Shown in pieces: positions 58,477 to 64,000 of a stretch of 64,000 bases of DNA; within the stretch, counting starts at the first letter, position 1, and every line of letters starts with the position of its first letter. This stretch comes from a virus. The stretch lies in the IMG/VR virus record IMGVR_UViG_3300033388_007160, positions 1-64,000 of that record; one strand, given 5' to 3'. Below the pieces are notes generated by a model, which had not been told where the DNA came from, ran no database searches, and was given only the letters and a program-made list of their open reading frames with translations. Made by a program: the position numbers and the translations under genes.

Positions 58477-59128
58477 AGTCTGGTTTGTTGACCGTGACGG
58501 CACGATAATGAAGGATGTCGGGTATTGCAATGACCCTCTCAAGGTTGAGTTAATCTCATATAGAGCGGAAGGCATAATAGAAGCTTTAGAGAAGGGTATC
58601 AAAATTGCCATAGTGAGTAACCAGAGTGGCGTGGCCCGTCGAAAGATAACACCTAAACAACTGGCATCAGTTACTCACGAGGTTGCAATGCAAATTGCGA
58701 AGTCTTGCTCCTTGTTATTGCTTCCGGATTACACTCCGCCGTTGTGGGCGACGTGGACGTGCGAACAAGCTGCTCGATGGCCCTACCCGCTCTTGCTGCC
58801 GGTCAAATTGACGCTTTCTCAAACACGCAAGGCTGAATTATTATTTGTCTACTGCCCCCATCATCCCGACCAAATGTGCGCCTGCCGCAAGCCCCAGATA
58901 GGCATGGCTATAATGGCCCTATGCTATTGGCACGGCGAAAACTGGCATGAAACGATGCAGGAACTCTCAATGGGCCGTGTGCCGGAGTGGTTGAGGGACA
59001 TGAGGGCCCAAGTTTTCGGGGACAAGGAGAGCGATAGAGAGTTTGCTGAGGCCCTGCCATTTGAGACTGGATTCTGGCCGCCCGAACGATTTTACGAAGT
59101 TGCTTGTTTCGCTAGCTGTGCTGATTAG
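58469..59128 (+). CDS. HAD-IIIA phosphatase, GmhB/HisB-like
   Basis: DRDGT, SNQSG, CPH..CACRKP, GDK.SD. Confidence 0.8.
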   Translation: MNEVWFVDRDGTIMKDVGYCNDPLKVELISYRAEGIIEALEKGIKIAIVSNQSGVARRKITPKQLASVTHEVAMQIAKSCSLLLLPDYTPPLWATWTCEQAARWPYPLLLPVKLTLSQTRKAELLFVYCPHHPDQMCACRKPQIGMAIMALCYWHGENWHETMQELSMGRVPEWLRDMRAQVFGDKESDREFAEALPFETGFWPPERFYEVACFASCAD

Positions 59129-59182
59129 TTGAATTAATAAGTGCGATGATTGTTAGAAATTTGGCTAGAAACTTGTCATCAA

Positions 59183-59198
59183 CGTTTCACGTGAAACA
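59183..59198. promoter_or_regulatory. parS centromere-like palindrome
   Basis: CGTTTCACGTGAAACA, 15/16 match to TGTTTCACGTGAAACA. Confidence 0.75.
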
Positions 59199-59336
59199 AA
59201 TTTGGGATGCCGTATCTTAGATACATAGCGACTCGTGTGGGATTCGTTCTTCGTGGGCGTAAGTATGGAAGATAGACGAAGAAGCATTTGCTGTGACATT
59301 AGAGAGAGTATCGAAGGAGGTTAACCGTTTATTTCC

Positions 59337-60641
59337 ATGAAACGTCGCACAATCGGGAATCATACATTCATATGCGCTGATGCCTGCGAGGCCCTTCGCA
59401 CGTTGTCCGCTAACAGCGTCCATTGCATAGTAACATCGCCCCCATACCTGTGGGCAAGGCGCTATTCGGGCCAGCAGGCTCAAATTTGGGGCGGTGACCC
59501 TAAGTGTAAGCACGAGTGGGAGGACGGCAGTTGGCGTCGTAGAAGCAGTGACTCTGGTGACCTCATCGGAAACAAGCAACGAATCCTGGTTCCTTGGGCC
59601 GGCGATGTACCGATCCAGTATCGCGTGTGCCGCAAGTGCGGTGCCTGGCATGGCGAACTAGGGCTTGAACCGGACCCCAAGCTTTATGTGGAGCATATCG
59701 TTGAGGTAATGCGAGAATGTAAGCGTGTGCTGCGGGATAACGGGATTTTGTGGTTGAATTTGGGTGATACATATGCAAATGCCGGAGGTAAAGGCTTGAA
59801 ACGCACAGACCTGATAGGCATGCCTTGGCGGGTTGCATTTGCGTTACAGGAAGACGGATGGTACTTACGGCAGTGTGTCATCTGGGCGAAAGGACATTCG
59901 TGTCAGCGGCAGCTCGAAGACATCGTGGCCGAAGCGGCCAAGGCTGCAGGCATAGAGGAAGAGAAAATTCTGGTTCTGCTTGAGAATCTTCAACCTTATG
60001 TGGGCAATGCCATGCCTGAAAGTGTCAAGTCACGGCCTACTACAACGCACGAGTACATTTTTATGCTTACGAAGAGGCCTAGTGGTGATTACTATTATGA
60101 CTACTGGGCCAGCAAGGAGAAAGGCCGCCGGAGTTTGCGAAGCGTGTGGGCTATACCACCGAGGCCGTTCAGCGGCACCCATTTCGCAGTCATGCCCATC
60201 GAGCTGGCCGAATTGTGCATTAGGCTCAGCACCAGCGAACATGGTTGCTGTGCGAAATGTGGTACACCTTACCAGCGCATCGTCGAGGCCATCGGGCCAG
60301 ATGAAGAATGGAAACGGGCTTGTGGAGCGGACAAGTGTGGTGAATATAAAGGCAAGGCCCAAAAAGACTATGCTGCTGCCGGAGCTGAAGACGCCAGTGA
60401 AGTGAAGGCAAGGATTTTGCGAGGTATGCAAAAACGAGTTACTGTCGGTTGGGAGAAAACCTGCAATTGCGATACGGATGAAGTTATGCCTTGTGTTGTC
60501 CTCGACCCATTCGGCGGAAGCGGGACAACATCTGTAGCTGCCATGCGGCTTGGGCGAGCCAGCATTTACATTGATGTAAGCGAAGAATACTGGCAAATGG
60601 CTATAGAGCGGCTGCAATGGGAGCAGCCGAGGTTGCTATGA
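59337..60641 (+). CDS. DNA amino-methyltransferase (beta class, SPPY)
   Basis: TSPPY, HFAVMP, DPFGGSGT. Confidence 0.9.
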   Translation: MKRRTIGNHTFICADACEALRTLSANSVHCIVTSPPYLWARRYSGQQAQIWGGDPKCKHEWEDGSWRRRSSDSGDLIGNKQRILVPWAGDVPIQYRVCRKCGAWHGELGLEPDPKLYVEHIVEVMRECKRVLRDNGILWLNLGDTYANAGGKGLKRTDLIGMPWRVAFALQEDGWYLRQCVIWAKGHSCQRQLEDIVAEAAKAAGIEEEKILVLLENLQPYVGNAMPESVKSRPTTTHEYIFMLTKRPSGDYYYDYWASKEKGRRSLRSVWAIPPRPFSGTHFAVMPIELAELCIRLSTSEHGCCAKCGTPYQRIVEAIGPDEEWKRACGADKCGEYKGKAQKDYAAAGAEDASEVKARILRGMQKRVTVGWEKTCNCDTDEVMPCVVLDPFGGSGTTSVAAMRLGRASIYIDVSEEYWQMAIERLQWEQPRLL

Positions 60642-60949
60642 AATGCGCCGTTTTAGGTTGTGAAGAAGAAGCCGGAATCTGGCTTGTTACATCTAACGAG
60701 CAGGTAACCCGGCTGTGCCGGAAGCATTTCGAGGAATACTGGCAGGCCGGAGGGGAGTTGCATGGTGTAGAATACAAAGTCCGGCAGGGTGGCCGGAGCG
60801 AATCTATGGGCTGGTCACATCGCACAGGCACCATCCAAAGCAAATTTGTCAACGAACAACGCCGGTGGTTGCAATGGCTCGAAGAAAACCAGCCTACGAG
60901 GTCATCAAAGAATTCGGGGAAGCCTGGCTTGTGAGAAGATTGGGGGCTG

Positions 60950-61588
60950 ATGGACGGCCCTCAAAGCAGCGGCCATTCTGGGCATGTGGCCGCTGCTTTG
61001 ATTTGTATCAGGGAGGAGGCATTATCCTCGATGCCGGATATTGCTCAAACTGCGGCTTCCGACCGGCTCCGGACACTGAAGCAGAGGATACTGAACTGGG
61101 CGAATGAAATTGTTGACCCCCAGCTTAAAGATTTCGTATTCCATTGTCTGCGCCATGCCCCTCCGGCCTTCTGGGAAATGCCCGCTTCCGCTACCGGCAG
61201 GCACCATCCGTCCGACGAAAGAGGCCCCGGTGGCCTGCTGATACACATCCTTCGCCTTCTCAGTGTGACAGATGACGCCATGCAATGGCTGAAGGCTGCC
61301 GGATATTCCGAACGCAAATGGCGGGATTGGTGGATAGCAACCTCGATTCTTCACGACTTGCTCAGGGCCACGGAAAGATACAAGAAGCGCCACGGCCCGG
61401 AAATGGCAAAACGCATAGAAGCACGCCTCGACAGCCGTTACAGGCAACTTGCCGATGCCATCCGTAGGCATGAAGGTCCCTGGTCTGATGGCGGCCCCTC
61501 TACACGCAACTGGTTTGGCCTTCTCTTCCATATGGCAGACTTCTGGTTAACGCGAGAAAAGGTAAAGACCGACATCGAGGAAAAATAA
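60950..61588 (+). CDS. HD-domain hydrolase
   Basis: ASATG.HH..GGLL.H, LHD, H.G.W, HMAD. Start may be 61031. Confidence 0.8.
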   Translation: MDGPQSSGHSGHVAAALICIREEALSSMPDIAQTAASDRLRTLKQRILNWANEIVDPQLKDFVFHCLRHAPPAFWEMPASATGRHHPSDERGPGGLLIHILRLLSVTDDAMQWLKAAGYSERKWRDWWIATSILHDLLRATERYKKRHGPEMAKRIEARLDSRYRQLADAIRRHEGPWSDGGPSTRNWFGLLFHMADFWLTREKVKTDIEEK

Positions 61589-61613
61589 AAGCCCCACCCT
61601 TCGGGTGGGGCTT
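61581..61613 (-). terminator. Intrinsic terminator (minus strand)
   Basis: AAGCCCCACC-CGAAG-GGTGGGGC followed by TTTTATTTTT on -. Confidence 0.85.
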
Positions 61614-62010
61614 GAGCTTGAGAGGATGCCGCCTCGGTGCCTGTCCTCCGCGTTAGCCAGGCCTCGCTCGGGCTTTGACCGACGCCATCCTCCAGACGAG
61701 GTTGGGATGGGCTGCGATAACGCAGCCCCGGTGGACTCGCTAACGCGAGTGACCACCGAAATATTCCAGCGGGCAGGCCTATGACGCGAGACGGGAAGGG
61801 GGCAGGCATAAAGCCTGTGCGAGGGGACACACGCGGGCGGCGGTGCCTGCTGCCACTAGTATATTGACTGGCTAGCGATCGGGCGCTTGGCCACGCGTCT
61901 CACGGATTGGCCGAGCATCGCCCAAGAAGCTATTGAAGCTGGGCTTTAACTCCCTTTGCATTTGTCGCCAAAGGCCTGCCCGCCTTTACTCGCTGTCAGA
62001 GTTCGCACGA
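61581..62010 (-). ncRNA. Candidate large structured ncRNA (family not recognised)
   Basis: No credible ORF; many stems and long-range pairings; bracketed by a promoter motif and a terminator. Confidence 0.6.
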
Positions 62011-62012
62011 AC

Positions 62013-62043
62013 AGTATACCCACAATGCTACTCATTCAAACCT
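62013..62043 (-). promoter_or_regulatory. SigB/SigF-type promoter GGTTT-N16-GGGTA (copy 3)
   Basis: AGGTTT-N14-GTGGGTATACT on -. Confidence 0.6.
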
Positions 62044-63574
62044 GTCGCATTGATACTTGCTGGCCCAAGGCTGTATACGTGCGCCATCTTTCTTCGCTGT
62101 GCTTTTCAAGGACGCCATCGTCCTCGTCCCAGAAATCTATAACTTGGGCAAAGGGCTTGCCGGGGGCTATGCGAAGGCTTCGGCCAAGGCGTTGCTGTTG
62201 ACGGCCATGAGCCTTGCCCCCAGCGGCCATAATCAGCACGTCAATCGTCGGCACGTTGAACCCCAAGTCCACCACTGGCGTGCCAATCAGGATTTTGTTG
62301 GTGGCAATGAATTCGTCTTTGATTTCTTGGGCCTTCTGGGCGGACATGCCGCCGTGCAAGAAGAGACAATTTTCACGTCCCAGATATTCATCCATCAGCA
62401 GGTTGGCATGTTCTTCCCAATTGACGATGATAAGCACCTTCCGGCCTTTGCTTTGGTGGTAGAGGGCTTCGGTTGCAATGTGGAGGTTTCTTTCTGTGTT
62501 GTAGGCGATGCCATACCGATACTTCTCAGCCCAAGAACCTGCTACGGGCAGGCACCGGACTGGTATGAATTCCACACGGGCTTCGGATAAATAACCTTCG
62601 TCCTGGAGTTCACGTGTGGGCTTTCGGGCCAGGATAGGGCCGGTTACAGCATGTAGCTTCATCGTTTCCCCATAGCCTTCTTCGCGGCTGGCCGTGGCCG
62701 TTTGGCCGAATCGATAGTAAGCGTCTACAGTCATCAGGTAATCAAACCACGTATCGGCAGCGGATTTGTGATGTTCGTCCACGATAATCAAGTCCACTTC
62801 GCGGGCCAGTTTGCCTCCACGTGCAGGGTCTCTGGCCCATCCTTCGTCAAAGATGGCAAGTGTTACCCAGTCTGGCTCGAATTTGCCTTTCGCGATAATG
62901 CCCAGTGGCACGTCGGGGCAGTATTCGGGCCAGCGGGATTTGAATTCATTGAAAATCGGTGTTGTGGGAACGATTATCAGGGTTCGCAGCCCCAAACGAG
63001 CAATAATCTCGATGGCAATTTCCGTCTTGCCGCCGCCTGTTGCCACTTCAATAATGCCCCGCTCAGCTTCAATGGCAGCCTGCACGATTTCTTCTTGGTA
63101 ATCGCGTAGCCTGATAGTCGTCCGCCAGGGGCGAGCTTCGCCAGGTTTGCGTCTTTCATCTACGATTTCAGCGCCTTGGGTAAGATGGGAGATATAAAAG
63201 AGCAGCCCTGTGGGCACAGCCTTCCGCCGCCGGTCGAGAAAATGTATCCGGTGATCCCACTGGCAACGCCAGCAGTCTGGAAACAGGCTGGCCGCTTCTT
63301 CATGGCTGAATTTCTTGCGTCGTTTGACTTTCTGAATGAGCCTCTGGCATTGCCGTCGCAACCACCGAACGCTATCATAGCGGGCTTCAAGGCCGGGCCG
63401 TCCGGCCAGTCGGGCTTCTTCATCCATTAGTTCTTGCAAATGCTTCTCAAGGTGCCGTGCCAGAATCCACTTCGCATTAGGAATTTCAAAAGACAGACAT
63501 TCATCAATGGCTCTGAGTTCTTCGTCAGTGGCTTCCTCAATTTGCGTCCAAGTGTTGGATATCCTCAGCCTCAA
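62036..63574 (-). CDS. Superfamily 2 helicase (UvsW/Rad25-like)
   Basis: LRDYQ, ATGGGKT, DEHH, TAT, QRLGRSLR. Confidence 0.9.
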   Translation of the reverse strand: MRLRISNTWTQIEEATDEELRAIDECLSFEIPNAKWILARHLEKHLQELMDEEARLAGRPGLEARYDSVRWLRRQCQRLIQKVKRRKKFSHEEAASLFPDCWRCQWDHRIHFLDRRRKAVPTGLLFYISHLTQGAEIVDERRKPGEARPWRTTIRLRDYQEEIVQAAIEAERGIIEVATGGGKTEIAIEIIARLGLRTLIIVPTTPIFNEFKSRWPEYCPDVPLGIIAKGKFEPDWVTLAIFDEGWARDPARGGKLAREVDLIIVDEHHKSAADTWFDYLMTVDAYYRFGQTATASREEGYGETMKLHAVTGPILARKPTRELQDEGYLSEARVEFIPVRCLPVAGSWAEKYRYGIAYNTERNLHIATEALYHQSKGRKVLIIVNWEEHANLLMDEYLGRENCLFLHGGMSAQKAQEIKDEFIATNKILIGTPVVDLGFNVPTIDVLIMAAGGKAHGRQQQRLGRSLRIAPGKPFAQVIDFWDEDDGVLEKHSEERWRTYTALGQQVSMRQV

Positions 63575-63755
63575 GCTCTTTCACCTCCTCGATGGCTTGA
63601 GTGGCTGCTGCGAGTAACCTCGATAGGTCGTAGCACAGATTGGGGTCTGTCACGAAGCGAATTATTGTGTTATTAAGCTTGGCAAAAACTTCGTCTCTCT
63701 CATCGGGCAATGTATCAAGCGTAATGTGATAATAGACGATTACTGGTGCGAGCAT
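63537..63755 (-). CDS. Hypothetical protein
   Basis: ORF track; overlaps the helicase start. Confidence 0.4.
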   Translation of the reverse strand: MLAPVIVYYHITLDTLPDERDEVFAKLNNTIIRFVTDPNLCYDLSRLLAAATQAIEEVKELEAEDIQHLDAN

Positions 63756-64000
63756 ATATTGGCTCAGGCCAAGTCTTTGGGGTAGCGATTCGGTTATTTC
63801 ATTCGATGGGGCGAAGGAAAATATCTCGCGCCAAAGGCCTTCTTCTATGATGAAGTCCTCGCACAGTCGCTGGATAGCCTCCCATGCCTGAGGGGAGATT
63901 GTTGGTGGTTCGCCACGTCTGGCCGTGTATAATACTCCTGCAAACCCAGCTATTGCATTTGTAAAGGCATCTTTCAGGCACTGGGTGATTGTTTTTGACA

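Noticed and set aside
61581-62010. Group II intron (GUGCG at the 5' end) or retron msr-msd (12-bp inverted repeat)
   Set aside because: No domain V motif, no interrupted gene and no reverse transcriptase in the window.
61438-62201. ORFs 61438-61830(-), 61547-61756(-), 61933-62142(+), 61956-62201(+)
   Set aside because: They cross the terminator or overlap real genes and have implausible composition.
1-64000. Archaeal virus interpretation (T4-like head with siphovirus tail, Hjc-like nuclease, RNase HII)
   Set aside because: The sigma70 promoter, DnaG/DnaB, RecA, holin and parS all point to a bacterial host.

Overview
A 64 kb piece of a tailed dsDNA bacteriophage genome. A bacterial host is indicated by a consensus sigma70 promoter, Shine-Dalgarno sites, a DnaG/DnaB primase-helicase, RecA and a parS site. 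Nearly all genes lie on the + strand. 1-37.8 kb is the virion/late module. It has a T4-type portal, a multidomain DNA ligase inserted inside the head cluster, a protease-scaffold-capsid polyprotein, neck genes and a holin. It also has a siphovirus-type tail (tube, frameshifted chaperone, 1525-aa tape measure, hub, LamG proteins) interleaved with glycosyltransferases and a pyruvyltransferase. 38-48 kb covers replication and recombination. 48-61.6 kb holds accessory genes: RNase HII, a phosphatase, a GT island, IS607/TnpB, a GmhB-like enzyme, an MTase and an HD protein. A convergent SF2 helicase closes the window. The most unusual items are: (i) a LigD-like NTase/ligase/3'-phosphoesterase fusion encoded between portal and capsid; (ii) a ~430-nt highly paired non-coding segment with its own predicted promoter and terminator; (iii) a probable virion-glycosylation gene set; (iv) a repeated SigB/SigF-type promoter; (v) an orphan chromosomal-type parS. 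All calls come from reading motifs by eye; no database searches were run.
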